Positions 1 through 9,866 of a stretch of 47,088 bases of DNA are shown here, piece by piece (position 1 is the stretch's first letter; each line of letters opens with the position of its first letter). The translations under genes were made by a program, and so were the position numbers. The DNA lies in the NCBI GenBank assembly GCA_023480825.1, contig JAMCWQ010000077.1:1-47088 (forward strand), written 5' to 3'. Under the pieces are notes generated by a model. That model was not told the DNA's origin and did no database searches. It saw only the letters and a list, made by a program, of their open reading frames with translations. The stretch is from Chloroflexota bacterium. Lineage in GTDB: Bacteria; Chloroflexota; Chloroflexia; JAMCWQ01.

Positions 1-339
1 CGCCGGAGCTTGGAGAGGGGGTAGTGCCCGGAATCTGAGCAGATCAGCGGGAGTAGTGAAGTTGTAGATGGTGCCGCCGTGAAAGAACCCGACTTTGGAC
101 TCCAGCCACTGCATTTTAGACCGGAGACCCAGTTCGTCGATCAGATTGAGGACCGCCTGATCGCTGGTGAACAGATGGTGATAGAAGACCTCCAGGTCTG
201 TACCGGCAATGGGGAAGGTAGATGCCTGTCCTCCAAGCCGGTCGCGTGTTTCGAAGACCGTCACCTCATGGCCTCCACCAGCCAGCCGGTAGGCGGCAGT
301 CAGTCCCGCCATTCCTCCACCAATCACTGCTGTCTTCAC
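1..339 (-). CDS. NAD(P)/FAD-dependent oxidoreductase (amine oxidase/protoporphyrinogen oxidase-like), partial (runs off window start)
   Basis: Manual translation from GTG at 339 gives [41 protein letters not shown]...FYHHLF. This has a GxGxxG Rossmann motif and the GG motif. Not in the ORF track because it is open at the edge. Confidence 0.85.
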   Translation of the reverse strand, partial: MKTAVIGGGMAGLTAAYRLAGGGHEVTVFETRDRLGGQASTFPIAGTDLEVFYHHLFTSDQAVLNLIDELGLRSKMQWLESKVGFFHGGTIYNFTTPADLLRFRALPPLQAPA

Positions 340-385
340 GGTTTGAAACTACCCCCATTCTTGATCCGCAAAATGAATAGATCCC

Positions 386-429
386 CAAAAAGCTAAAGAG
401 GGGACGGCAGCAAGTCCTGTGCCGTCCCC
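386..429 (-). terminator. Rho-independent terminator after hppA
   Basis: GGGGACGGCA...TGCCGTCCCC inverted repeat (400-429), followed on the minus strand by a T-rich tract. Confidence 0.7.
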
Positions 430-475
430 CCGGTATCATACTGGTTGGGCTAGCCCTAATGCCTGGCTCCGCTGG

Positions 476-2566
476 CTATATGAACAGCGGGGCGAACACC
501 AGCGTTAGCGTCGATAGCAGCTTGATCAGAACATGTAGCGATGGGCCTGCGGTGTCCTTGAAGGGGTCACCCACCGTGTCTCCTACGACCGCAGCCGCAT
601 GGATCGGTGTTCCCTTCTTGACCGGAACTCCATTTAGGTCTTTCAGGTTCCCCGCCTCGATAAACTTCTTGGCGTTGTCCCAGGCGCCACCACCATTGTT
701 CATAACAGTGGCCAGGATGATTCCGGCCATGGTGCCCACCATCAGCAGGCCGGCCTCTGCTTCTGCACGGAGCAGGATGCCCACAACAATTGGGGCGCCA
801 ACTGCCAACAGGCCGGGCGCAATCATTTCCCGTAGGGCGCCGCGGGTGCTGATGTCCACGCACCGGGCAAAGTCGGGCTGGGATGTTCCTTCCATGATTC
901 CCGGGTCCGCACGGAATTGGCGCCGCACCTCTTCGATCATACGGCTGGCCGCCCGGCCGACGGCGCGGATTGCCAGCGAGCTAAACAAGAATACCAGCAT
1001 GGCCCCGACTAGCGCTCCGACGAACACACTGACGTTGGCAAGGTTGACCGTATTGAACGGCCGTCCGGTCAACTGGGCCACTTTGTCGAGGTAGGCCGAG
1101 AAGAGCAGGAACGCAGCCAAGGCGGCGGAGCCGATTGCGTAACCTTTGGTAAGTGCCTTGGTCGTGTTACCAACAGCATCTAGCCCATCTGTGATGTCGC
1201 GGATCTCTTCCGGCGAGCCTGACATCTCGGTAATTCCTCCGGCATTATCGGTTATGGGCCCGAAGGTGTCCATGGCGAGGATGTAGGCGGCGGTCATCAG
1301 CATGCCCATTGTGGCGATAGCTGTTCCGTAGATTCCGCCACCGGAGAGGCCGCTCTGTGATCCTACCCAGTAGGATGCCAGCAGCGCGACTGAGATCGAG
1401 ATCACCGGCAGGGCGGTACACTCGAAGCCGATAGCCAGACCGGAGATGATGGTCGTGGCCGGCCCGGTTCGGGCAGCATCCGCTATCTCTCGCACCGGCC
1501 GCCAGCTGCCGGACGTGTAATACTGCGTGATGTAGACAAAAGCAATGCTCGTCGCAATGCCAACCACTCCAGCAATGAAGAACTGAATCATGCCGAGCAT
1601 GAAATGGGTGGCCAGGAACATACCTATCACAGACAGAATGGCTGCAACGTAGTAACCCCGGTTCAGAGTCCCCATGGCGTTGGTTGTCCTAGGGCCCGGA
1701 CGAACGGACAGCAAGCCCACAGCACAAGCCACGATTCCAAGGGCTCGAACAACCAGAGGGAAGAGAATCCATGCGGGGTTGTGAGTCTGGGCGAAGACTG
1801 CGACGCCCAGTATCATCGCACCGATGTTCTCGGCGGCTGTGGACTCGAACAAGTCCGCGCCACGGCCTGCGCAGTCACCAACGTTGTCGCCTACGAGGTC
1901 GGCAATGACTGCCGGGTTCCGGGGGTCATCCTCCGGTATGCCAGCCTCGACTTTGCCAACAAGATCGGCGCCGACGTCCGCGGCCTTGGTGTAGATACCA
2001 CCACCCAGTTGGGCGAACAAGGCGACGAAGCTAGCGCCGAAGCCGAAGCCGACAATCAAGAACGGGGCCTTATCGGGGGCGGTAGCGCCACCAAAAGCAT
2101 AGAAGATACTAGCAACGCCGAGCAGGCTCAGCGCGACGACGAGGAATCCGGAGACCGCTCCACCTCGTAGGGCCACTGTGAGGGCTTCGCCAAGGCTACG
2201 CCGTGCGGCGCTGGCCGTGCGGATGTTCGATCTAACTGCAATGTACATGCCAATGAAACCGGCGAGGGCCGATAGGCCGGCGCCTACCAGAAAGGAGACA
2301 GATGTTTGGATGCCCAGAATCCAGTCATAATTTTGAAAGATGGCTATCAGGGCTCCTATGATGATTGCACCGACTACCGCCAACATGCCGATGGTGCGGT
2401 ATTGTCGGTTCAGGAACGCCATGGCGCCCTGATAGATCATTCCAGCGATCGTCTGCATGGCAGGTGTCCCTTGATCACGGCGCAGCACGTCCCAAGCAAG
2501 GTACATGGCAAAAGCAACAGCCCCGAGGCCAGCTATGTAGACAATTGCCACTTCAGTCCAGTTCAC
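476..2566 (-). CDS. hppA: Membrane-bound H+-translocating pyrophosphatase, K+-independent type
   Basis: Motifs GGGIYTKAADVGADLVGKVE, DNVGD and GDTVGDPFKDTAGP. GNTTKA (Lys) is the K+-independent signature. GTG start at 2566 follows AAGGAGG. Confidence 0.95.
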   Translation of the reverse strand: MNWTEVAIVYIAGLGAVAFAMYLAWDVLRRDQGTPAMQTIAGMIYQGAMAFLNRQYRTIGMLAVVGAIIIGALIAIFQNYDWILGIQTSVSFLVGAGLSALAGFIGMYIAVRSNIRTASAARRSLGEALTVALRGGAVSGFLVVALSLLGVASIFYAFGGATAPDKAPFLIVGFGFGASFVALFAQLGGGIYTKAADVGADLVGKVEAGIPEDDPRNPAVIADLVGDNVGDCAGRGADLFESTAAENIGAMILGVAVFAQTHNPAWILFPLVVRALGIVACAVGLLSVRPGPRTTNAMGTLNRGYYVAAILSVIGMFLATHFMLGMIQFFIAGVVGIATSIAFVYITQYYTSGSWRPVREIADAARTGPATTIISGLAIGFECTALPVISISVALLASYWVGSQSGLSGGGIYGTAIATMGMLMTAAYILAMDTFGPITDNAGGITEMSGSPEEIRDITDGLDAVGNTTKALTKGYAIGSAALAAFLLFSAYLDKVAQLTGRPFNTVNLANVSVFVGALVGAMLVFLFSSLAIRAVGRAASRMIEEVRRQFRADPGIMEGTSQPDFARCVDISTRGALREMIAPGLLAVGAPIVVGILLRAEAEAGLLMVGTMAGIILATVMNNGGGAWDNAKKFIEAGNLKDLNGVPVKKGTPIHAAAVVGDTVGDPFKDTAGPSLHVLIKLLSTLTLVFAPLFI

Positions 2567-2847
2567 TAACAACCTCCTTGATCTTGAATCCCTGGGGTAA
2601 TAGCCGGACAACTTTGTTCACTGAATAGTTCTGAGATTCTACTGTCCTTTGTTTGTGGCGTTTGATCCCTCCTACTTTCACCGTCTTTGAGTAGTCATTC
2701 CCTCCTCGAGACGGCGGTCTTCATGATCGAGATATCTCTTTCACTGCACAACACGGGGGTGTTGCTGCTGCCGTTTGAGCTATCCCAATTCATTAACTAA
2801 GTGACGCCGGGCGACCCACAGAACGCAATGGCGAATCATTAAGTTCG

Positions 2848-3780
2848 TTAGCTGCCTTGTACTACAGCTTGGCGGCGCCTAAACCTTCTGAAGAAGTTGC
2901 CTACTTCTCCGTTCTCCCAGACTACTAACAATAGACTGGCGTTGAAGATCGAGGAGTAAGTACCGCTGACGATGCCGATCAGCAGCGCCAGAACGAAACT
3001 GTGAATCGTTGTCCCTCCGAACAGGAACAAAGCAGATAGAGTAACAATCACAGTGAGAGATGTTGTCACCGACCTCGCCATGGTCTGGAGGAGGCTGTGG
3101 TTGACAACGTCTTCATAACTGCCCCCAACGTTCTTGGTGGCGTTCTCCCGAATCCGGTCGAACACCACGATCGTGTCGTGGACTGAGAAACCGATGACAG
3201 TTAGAAGAGCGGTGACGAATAGGGAGTCCACTTCGATACCGAAGACCCTGCCTAGGATGGAGAAGACACCGAGAACCAACAGTCCGTCATGAAGCATAGC
3301 TATGATGGCACAGACACCGTAGCGCACTGGGCGCTTGACCTTTCGGAAAGCGAAGGAGATGTAGGCCAGAATTCCGATCGCAGCCGCGGCCACCGCATAG
3401 ATTGAGTTTGTGGTCGTCTGACTGCTGACCAGCGGGCCAACAGACTCGAACCTCAACTCAGTGAACTGGCCGAATTTGTCGGTAAGCGCTTTACTAACTT
3501 GGGTTTTAAGAGTGGACCCAGCCTGCAGATTGGGCAACCTGATCAGAATACCGTTCTGACCTGATGTCTGCACAGTAGCATCTTTCAGCCCATTGTCGGC
3601 CAGGACGGTCTTGACCTCTCCCGGCATGACTTGGTGTTGGAAGCTGAGTTCCCACAGGGTGCCACTGGTAAAATCGATGCTGAACCTCAGACCGAAGAGC
3701 GCCAAGGAAATAAGGCCCGGAACGATGACAATAAGCGAGATAAGAAAGAACCAATATCGCTTGCCGACGATGTCAAGCAC
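2848..3780 (-). CDS. secF: Protein translocase subunit SecF
   Basis: IDFTSG, VGP and GFSVHDTIVVFDRIREN motifs; 6-TM pattern. Confidence 0.95.
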   Translation of the reverse strand: MLDIVGKRYWFFLISLIVIVPGLISLALFGLRFSIDFTSGTLWELSFQHQVMPGEVKTVLADNGLKDATVQTSGQNGILIRLPNLQAGSTLKTQVSKALTDKFGQFTELRFESVGPLVSSQTTTNSIYAVAAAAIGILAYISFAFRKVKRPVRYGVCAIIAMLHDGLLVLGVFSILGRVFGIEVDSLFVTALLTVIGFSVHDTIVVFDRIRENATKNVGGSYEDVVNHSLLQTMARSVTTSLTVIVTLSALFLFGGTTIHSFVLALLIGIVSGTYSSIFNASLLLVVWENGEVGNFFRRFRRRQAVVQGS

Positions 3781-3864
3781 TGTGAAGCCCCCATCGCGAA
3801 TAAACTGAGCCGGCAGACTGAAGACTGGCCGGCCTCAAAAAGACAGAAAAAAGCAACGCGCGAC

Positions 3865-3893
3865 AGTATACCAGAGATTGCAGGCCGCTACAA
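3865..3893 (-). promoter_or_regulatory. Putative sigma70 promoter for secF
   Basis: Minus strand TTGTAG-17 nt-TATACT with TG extension. Confidence 0.5.
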
Positions 3894-3942
3894 AGAGCCT
3901 GTTCGAGATCCCAGGGAGCGCCCCTGGTCTGTGATGGTGACA

Positions 3943-4236
3943 TCAAAAAGAATCCAGAGCCCTCGTGGCCCTTCGTACATACCTCCAGGACAGGATGCTC
4001 ACGCCAAACTGGAGGGTAGCGGCCAGCGCGCCGCCAAAGTAGAAGGCCAGGGAAATGCCCGCCAACGCGGCTGCGGCAAAGAAATAGCGGTCGAGCCGCT
4101 TGCTGTAAAGTCTCGGCGCTCCGAGCAACACTGCCAGTATTACGAAGCTCACGATGACGAGAAACGCAAATGCAATCAGATTGATGGTCGTTCCCGCCAG
4201 AACACCCTGCATTATTCTCACAACACGAACCGCCAA
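3943..4236 (-). CDS. Small hypothetical membrane protein between secD and secF
   Basis: 97-aa ORF with 2-3 hydrophobic segments, co-directional with secD/secF; start uncertain. Confidence 0.55.
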   Translation of the reverse strand: MAVRVVRIMQGVLAGTTINLIAFAFLVIVSFVILAVLLGAPRLYSKRLDRYFFAAAALAGISLAFYFGGALAATLQFGVSILSWRYVRRATRALDSF

Positions 4237-4275
4237 ACCACGGGATTAGGGCAGCCAAGGGGCTGCTCCTGTTAC

Positions 4276-5811
4276 TCAACTGTTTGCGGGCCTTGCCTCA
4301 CCTGCTGCAGCATTATCGGTGCCAGCCGACCCTCTATCTAGCCCGAAGAGCCACCGTTGACGGGGAGATAGCTTCGCCACTGCCGGAAACAGCCATTTCT
4401 GGGTCGCCGCAAGGAAGTTGCGGGTGACGGTGATGGCGGTGAACATACTCACTACTACGCCGATCCCCAGAGTGAAGGCGAAGCCCGTTATCATGCTTAT
4501 CCCCATTGCACTACCAAACCAACCGAGTATCAAACAGGTTATGATAGTGGAGATGTTGGAATCACGGATTGAAGGCCAGGCATGCCTGAATCCGGCGTCC
4601 ACCGCCGCAGCAAGGGTGTGGCCGGCGCGCAACTCCTCTTTGAGCCGGGCGAAGATCAGGATGTTGGCGTCGACTGCCATCCCGATTGACAGAATGAAGC
4701 CCGCAATGCCGGCAAGTGTCAGCGTCACCGGAATGACCTTGAAGAGGGCGAACACCATGGCGGTATACATTAGAAGAGAGATATCGGCGAGCAGCCCGGG
4801 TAGCCGGTAGTAGACTATCATGAAAGCCAGCACCAAACCGAGGCCGATCGCTCCCGCCACCAAGCTCTTTTGCACGGAATCCTGACCCAAGGTCGGCCCG
4901 ACCGTGCGGTCTTGTACCACCTGCAAAGAAACCGGGAGGGCACCGTATTTCAACTGCAGAACAATCTTCTGCGCTTCGTCAAGGCTTACACCCTGAATAA
5001 CGCCGCTCCCCCCGGTGATGGGGCTTTCTATGACCGGGCAGGAGATAACATGCTTGTCTACCACAATTGCCAAATACTTGCCGACGTTAGCTGACGTGAA
5101 ATCACCAAATTTTTTGGCTCCCTCCGACTTGAAGCTGAAACTAACCTCAGGAGCGCCAAGCTGGTCGAAGGTAACATCCGATTTGCTGAGGTCCGACCCG
5201 GTGACCACAGTCTGGTAGACTGTCTGGCTAGGGGAGGCGGCTTGGCTCCCGGTGGTGGTAGTCGGTGTGACCGTGTTTGTCGATGTCACGGTCCCGCTAG
5301 CCTCCGGGGTGGGGCTTGCAGAAGGAGTTGGGCTAGGCGTCGCGCCACTCGCAGCCGTGCCGCTTATTGGGGTAGTCGGTCCCCCGAGGCTAGTGGTTAC
5401 TACGCTGCCAATCGGCAGGGGGGTGGAGCCGGCATCGATGAACTCGAGAAGTCCCGTCTCGCCGAAAGCGGCAATCGCCTTGTCGGGGTCCTTAATGCCG
5501 GGGAGCTCCACAATTATGCGGCTGTCTCCCTGTCGCTGGACCAAGGGCTCAACTACTCCGAGGGCATTTACCCGCTGCTCGATGATCTGCTTTGCCGCTT
5601 CCAGGGTGTCGGCGTTCGGTGCGGTTCCCTTCGGCCACTCGGCTTGCAGGAGCACCTGCATTCCACCGAGCAGGTCAAGCCCCTCGTGAACGCTTATATC
5701 CCGCTTGAAGCCGAAGATATCAATCCCGGAATTGTTTGGCAGGTCGATCCACGCCGCAATGCCAACGATGGCCACAATGATCAGAAGCCAGTATCCTGTG
5801 CGTATCCGCAA
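4276..5811 (-). CDS. secD: Protein translocase subunit SecD
   Basis: GLDLLGG, RVNALGVVEP and IGMAVDANILIFARLKEE motifs. Confidence 0.95.
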   Translation of the reverse strand: MRIRTGYWLLIIVAIVGIAAWIDLPNNSGIDIFGFKRDISVHEGLDLLGGMQVLLQAEWPKGTAPNADTLEAAKQIIEQRVNALGVVEPLVQRQGDSRIIVELPGIKDPDKAIAAFGETGLLEFIDAGSTPLPIGSVVTTSLGGPTTPISGTAASGATPSPTPSASPTPEASGTVTSTNTVTPTTTTGSQAASPSQTVYQTVVTGSDLSKSDVTFDQLGAPEVSFSFKSEGAKKFGDFTSANVGKYLAIVVDKHVISCPVIESPITGGSGVIQGVSLDEAQKIVLQLKYGALPVSLQVVQDRTVGPTLGQDSVQKSLVAGAIGLGLVLAFMIVYYRLPGLLADISLLMYTAMVFALFKVIPVTLTLAGIAGFILSIGMAVDANILIFARLKEELRAGHTLAAAVDAGFRHAWPSIRDSNISTIITCLILGWFGSAMGISMITGFAFTLGIGVVVSMFTAITVTRNFLAATQKWLFPAVAKLSPRQRWLFGLDRGSAGTDNAAAGEARPANS

Positions 5812-5862
5812 GAATTTCTCCCCCTAGCATGAACGGGCGGTTGGGCTATCTACAGTCTGATG

Positions 5863-5926
5863 ATTATATCTAATGGCTTCCAAGGATGTCAACGACTTGC
5901 CGGTCACAACCCTGCTGCGTTATAAT
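5863..5926. promoter_or_regulatory. Back-to-back sigma70 promoters for secD (minus) and gltX (plus)
   Basis: Minus: TTGACA(5892-5887)-18-TATAAT(5868-5863). Plus: TTGCCG(5897)-18-TATAAT(5921-5926). Confidence 0.65.
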
Positions 5927-5964
5927 GCACGAACGCGGCCAGTTTTTGCCGATTGGGAGGACCT

Positions 5965-7452
5965 GTGAGCGATAGGGACACAGTACGGGTGAGGTTTGCG
6001 CCAAGCCCGACGGGAACACCACATATTGGGAATATTCGCACTGCGCTTTTCAACTGGCTATTTGCGCGCCATCACGGAGGCAAATTCGTACTGCGCATAG
6101 AAGATACTGATGTGGCGCGCCGTGTTCCTGGAGCGGTTGAATCTATTTTGGACGCCTTGCGGTGGCTAGGACTACAGTGGGATGAGGGACCCGAGGTCGA
6201 TGGGCCTTATGGTCCGTATTATCAGTCACTAAGGCTTGATCTTTACCAGTCCCTCGCGGAGAGGTTGGTGGCAGAGGGAAAGGCCTACTATTGCTTCTGC
6301 ACCCAGGAACGACTCACAGAGATGCGGAAGGAGCAGGAGGCCCGCAAAGAGCCGCCCGGCTACGACCGGCTCTGCCGTACGCTCTCTGAAGCCGATGTTC
6401 AGGCCTGCTTCGAGAAGGGGCTGAAGCCCGTAGTGCGCTTGAAGGTTCCACTTGAGGGCGAGACCTCCTTCCACGATCTCATTCGGGGAGAGATCACTTT
6501 CGCCAACGCGGTCCTTGATGACCTGGTACTCCTGAAGTCGGACGGGTACCCGACTTATCACCTTGCCAACGTGATCGACGATCACTATATGAATATCACG
6601 CACGTAATGAGGGCGGAGGAATGGATACCCAGCACTCCCAGGCATATTCTCCTGTACAAAGCCCTCGGCTTCGAGCCGCCCATTTTTGCCCATCTGCCGA
6701 TAATTCTCGCCCCCGATAGGAGCAAGTTGAGCAAGCGGCATGGTGCTACAGATACCGGCTGGTACCGAGAGCAGGGATATTTGCCCGAGGCCATGGTCAA
6801 CTACATGGCGCTACTTGGTTGGGCTTACGACGAGAAGCAAGAGATCTTCACCATTCCGGAATTGATCGAGAAATTCGAGCTCGGCAAAGTCAATCCTACC
6901 GGCGCGGTCTTTTCCAAGGACAAGCTGGACTGGATGAACGCCTACTATATCAATCACGTCGTCGGCGTAGAGGAACTCGCTGCACGCTGCCTGCCGTTCT
7001 TGCAGAATGCCGGGCTTGTGGCGCCGGGGAGTCCCGCCGATGTTCGGGAGTTCCCCTATCTTTTGAGCATCGTGCCGCTGATCAAGGAGCGCATGAAGCT
7101 CTTGAGTGAGGTTGCCGACCTCACCGACTTCTTCTTCCTTGATGATCTTCACTACGACCCGCTGGCGTTGGTGCAGAAGAAGATGACGCCGGAATCGACC
7201 CTTGCGGCACTGGAGTCCGCTGAACAGGCCCTCTTGCCGCTACGCGATTGGAAAGAAGAAGCACTCGAAGGGACGCTGCGGCCTTTGGCTGAAAACCTCG
7301 GCCTAAAGCCTGGCCAGCTTTTCATGACGCTCCGGGTGGCGATTACCGGGCGAACCGTATCGCCAGGGTTGTTCGAGACAATGGAGGTGCTCGGACGCCA
7401 GCGTACGCTTCTGAGAGTGGCGAGGGCGGCCGATGCACTGCGAAACATGTAG
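5965..7452 (+). CDS. gltX: Glutamate--tRNA ligase
   Basis: RFAPSPTG, HIGN and KLSKR class I motifs; GTG start after GGAGG. Confidence 0.97.
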   Translation: MSDRDTVRVRFAPSPTGTPHIGNIRTALFNWLFARHHGGKFVLRIEDTDVARRVPGAVESILDALRWLGLQWDEGPEVDGPYGPYYQSLRLDLYQSLAERLVAEGKAYYCFCTQERLTEMRKEQEARKEPPGYDRLCRTLSEADVQACFEKGLKPVVRLKVPLEGETSFHDLIRGEITFANAVLDDLVLLKSDGYPTYHLANVIDDHYMNITHVMRAEEWIPSTPRHILLYKALGFEPPIFAHLPIILAPDRSKLSKRHGATDTGWYREQGYLPEAMVNYMALLGWAYDEKQEIFTIPELIEKFELGKVNPTGAVFSKDKLDWMNAYYINHVVGVEELAARCLPFLQNAGLVAPGSPADVREFPYLLSIVPLIKERMKLLSEVADLTDFFFLDDLHYDPLALVQKKMTPESTLAALESAEQALLPLRDWKEEALEGTLRPLAENLGLKPGQLFMTLRVAITGRTVSPGLFETMEVLGRQRTLLRVARAADALRNM

Positions 7453-7493
7453 GGTGGCGGCGAGTTTCGCCAGCCGGTAGGGATGGACTTGGG

Positions 7494-9614
7494 CTACTTA
7501 CTGGAATTCCGTATCATGTAGCCAGTCTTCTTGAGGTCGCGGACCAATGCCGACAGGTCATCTTCTTTGCCCTTGCCGTCACTTTCGGCCAGCGTGACTG
7601 ATGCTGCTGTCCGGGAGATTCGCCGGACGGAGTACTGTGTCAATGCCTTGGAGGAAAGCAACTCCTCCAAGATGGCGGCATCCTCGGTTTCGATGAGTAA
7701 GGCCCGGTGCAGGCTGACCTCTTTAAATTGCCTTCCCCAGTCCTGCAAAGTGAATTCTATGTTCTGGGGTATCTCTTTTTGGCTGTTATTCGCCAGGATA
7801 TCCAGCATTTCCTGGATCCTCAACCCACGATCGAGACCACGCTGCACGCTCTCCTTGGATAGAGCGTAGACGTTGACCCTGTCACGACGCAGGGCATCGG
7901 TGAATTGGAGCAGAGACCAGACGAGTCTAGGCATGGGGTTGAAGACAAGCACTTCGAAATTTGGCTGGACGATCAGACTCGCCTGCTCCTGATGTGATTG
8001 CCCGGCATTCCAATGGTCGGAGAGGAGATACTCTGCGAGTTCCGTGATGCGGAAACGGTCAGGCTGGCTACCGTTCTCTTGGCCCAGCTCGACGATTCCC
8101 ATCCAGTAGGCTGCAGTGCGCACGACTCCTCTAAGGGCTTTCCCCTCGTACTCTTCCCATTCTTCCTTGATTCTCTCCAGACCGCGGTACCCGTGGAAGC
8201 GCACGATGTCCTCTTTGGATCTCATGAAGTATGGATCACTGTTGCGGGTGGCCTCCAGAAGGGAGTCGATCACATACCATTTGTCCGCTTGGCACGTGCG
8301 TAGCCAGTCTACCGTCTTGAGCCGGGCGTTTGTCCAGTTGCCGCCCCACGCTCCCTCGATTCCGGTAGGCTCGTGCCACCACCTGTCGGCAAGCCAGAGC
8401 TTGTAGATCTGGCGCATTTGGCAGGTAAAATCCATGGCCACCCAGCGGTCAATTGCAGTAGTCACGAACAAATCACGGCCGCTTTTGGCCAGCAGGCCCA
8501 GTTTTGTGGATACGTGCTGCAACAATTGGAGATAGGGGATGATCTTATCTTCGTCTTCTATTGCCAGCACTCCTGCCAGCCGCTTTGCCAGCCGCCTGGG
8601 AAGTTGATGAGTAGTGGTGGTGATACTGGCGTCACTCTGGGAGACAAAGCTGAGAAAGGCCAGTAGGTCTTGAGAGAAAGCGAAAGGCGCGACTGCAGTC
8701 ACCTTTGCGGGCGCAGTTGCCGAGCGCAATCTGGCCGGCAGGGCCTTATTGTGACTCTTTGGGTAGAGAACTTGCTGTGGTATGAATAGGAGCCTCTCGC
8801 CGCCCCTATATGTCTCTACGACGATAAAGCGGTCGGCAAGGGAACGGAGCAAGCGGCGAATCGTGTCCTCATCGGCATGGCACCGGGCTCGCAAGTCTCG
8901 GAGAAGCATTTGCCCGCCGTTCTGTCGCACCGCGCGGTATACTGCCAAGCCTCCCCTCTCGAGACTCCTTATGGCACGCGTTATCTCCGCCTGGTCGCTT
9001 GTGGTTTGGGCGAGCGCCGACACCAGCTCTTCCTTTGAAGAGCTCTCGGAAGGTGCCGGTATTCCCCAATTTCTGGCTATTCTCTCCAGTTGCGATACAT
9101 CGAAACGGCTAAGGATGGATGCATTGGTTTCATCAGTCTGTGGTGGAGCATCAATCTGCTGGACAAGGTTCAGGAGTAACCGTCCGAGTTCCCGGGGAAT
9201 AGACACCATCCGGCGCTTGCCGTCTGGGCAATCAAAGGGATTGCTACTGGCTGGTTGGCCGAAGATCATCCTATTCCCCTTTATCGCGACATCCTCCATG
9301 AAGGCAAGCGCGATGTCCTGAAACTTGGAGAACACAAGGGCCAGGTCATCCCTGTCGATTTCGGTGGCGGCGGCTATGTCCGCCGTGTATGCCCAGAAGT
9401 TGTTTCTTGTCAGGAGATAACGTAGGACTACAATCTCGTCCGGGCGTTGTTTTTCGAGCAGCCTCCGGCCAGAGCGTTCGTCGAGCATCTCGCGGCACAA
9501 ATAGAAGACATCTTCATGAGTGGCGCTCTGGCTAATCCTGATGTCCCAAAAGGATGCCACTCGCCGCAGGGAGTTCGAAGACTGATCGAGCAGCCGGCCT
9601 ACGAGATTCTTCAC
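7494..9614 (-). CDS. Helicase-associated domain protein (XPB/Ssl2 N-terminal, Helicase_C_3-like domain near C-terminus)
   Basis: C-terminal LIVQPNFEVLV...YALSKESVQRGL...IPQNIEFTLQDW matches this family as I recall it. No Walker A is visible. Start is uncertain (9614/9641/9686); a TGnTATAAT at about 9654-9662 favours a downstream start. Confidence 0.75.
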   Translation of the reverse strand: MKNLVGRLLDQSSNSLRRVASFWDIRISQSATHEDVFYLCREMLDERSGRRLLEKQRPDEIVVLRYLLTRNNFWAYTADIAAATEIDRDDLALVFSKFQDIALAFMEDVAIKGNRMIFGQPASSNPFDCPDGKRRMVSIPRELGRLLLNLVQQIDAPPQTDETNASILSRFDVSQLERIARNWGIPAPSESSSKEELVSALAQTTSDQAEITRAIRSLERGGLAVYRAVRQNGGQMLLRDLRARCHADEDTIRRLLRSLADRFIVVETYRGGERLLFIPQQVLYPKSHNKALPARLRSATAPAKVTAVAPFAFSQDLLAFLSFVSQSDASITTTTHQLPRRLAKRLAGVLAIEDEDKIIPYLQLLQHVSTKLGLLAKSGRDLFVTTAIDRWVAMDFTCQMRQIYKLWLADRWWHEPTGIEGAWGGNWTNARLKTVDWLRTCQADKWYVIDSLLEATRNSDPYFMRSKEDIVRFHGYRGLERIKEEWEEYEGKALRGVVRTAAYWMGIVELGQENGSQPDRFRITELAEYLLSDHWNAGQSHQEQASLIVQPNFEVLVFNPMPRLVWSLLQFTDALRRDRVNVYALSKESVQRGLDRGLRIQEMLDILANNSQKEIPQNIEFTLQDWGRQFKEVSLHRALLIETEDAAILEELLSSKALTQYSVRRISRTAASVTLAESDGKGKEDDLSALVRDLKKTGYMIRNSSK

Positions 9615-9762
9615 TGGAAAGAAATGCCCCCTAGTGACCATGGTAAGTAATGAATTATAGCATAACTTGTCTAGTTCTGTTTGCAACTGCCTTGCTCGCT
9701 TCTGTCTACAGTTTTGGCGAGTGCTTATGGCCTAGCAAAGCCATTAAGGAAGGGTGTCGACG

Positions 9763-9791
9763 TTGACAGGCGTGCTCGAATAGTGTAACAT
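9763..9791 (+). promoter_or_regulatory. sigma70 promoter of recA
   Basis: TTGACA-17 nt-TAACAT. Confidence 0.65.
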
Positions 9792-9866
9792 CTACTGGTG
9801 TTTTAGAACAAACAATCTAATTCTAGCGACCTTAATGAAATCCAATAAATATTGAAGGAGCCTGAG

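Noticed and set aside
79-396. 105-aa plus-strand ORF
   Set aside because: It is antisense to the FAD-dependent oxidoreductase, which has clear motifs.
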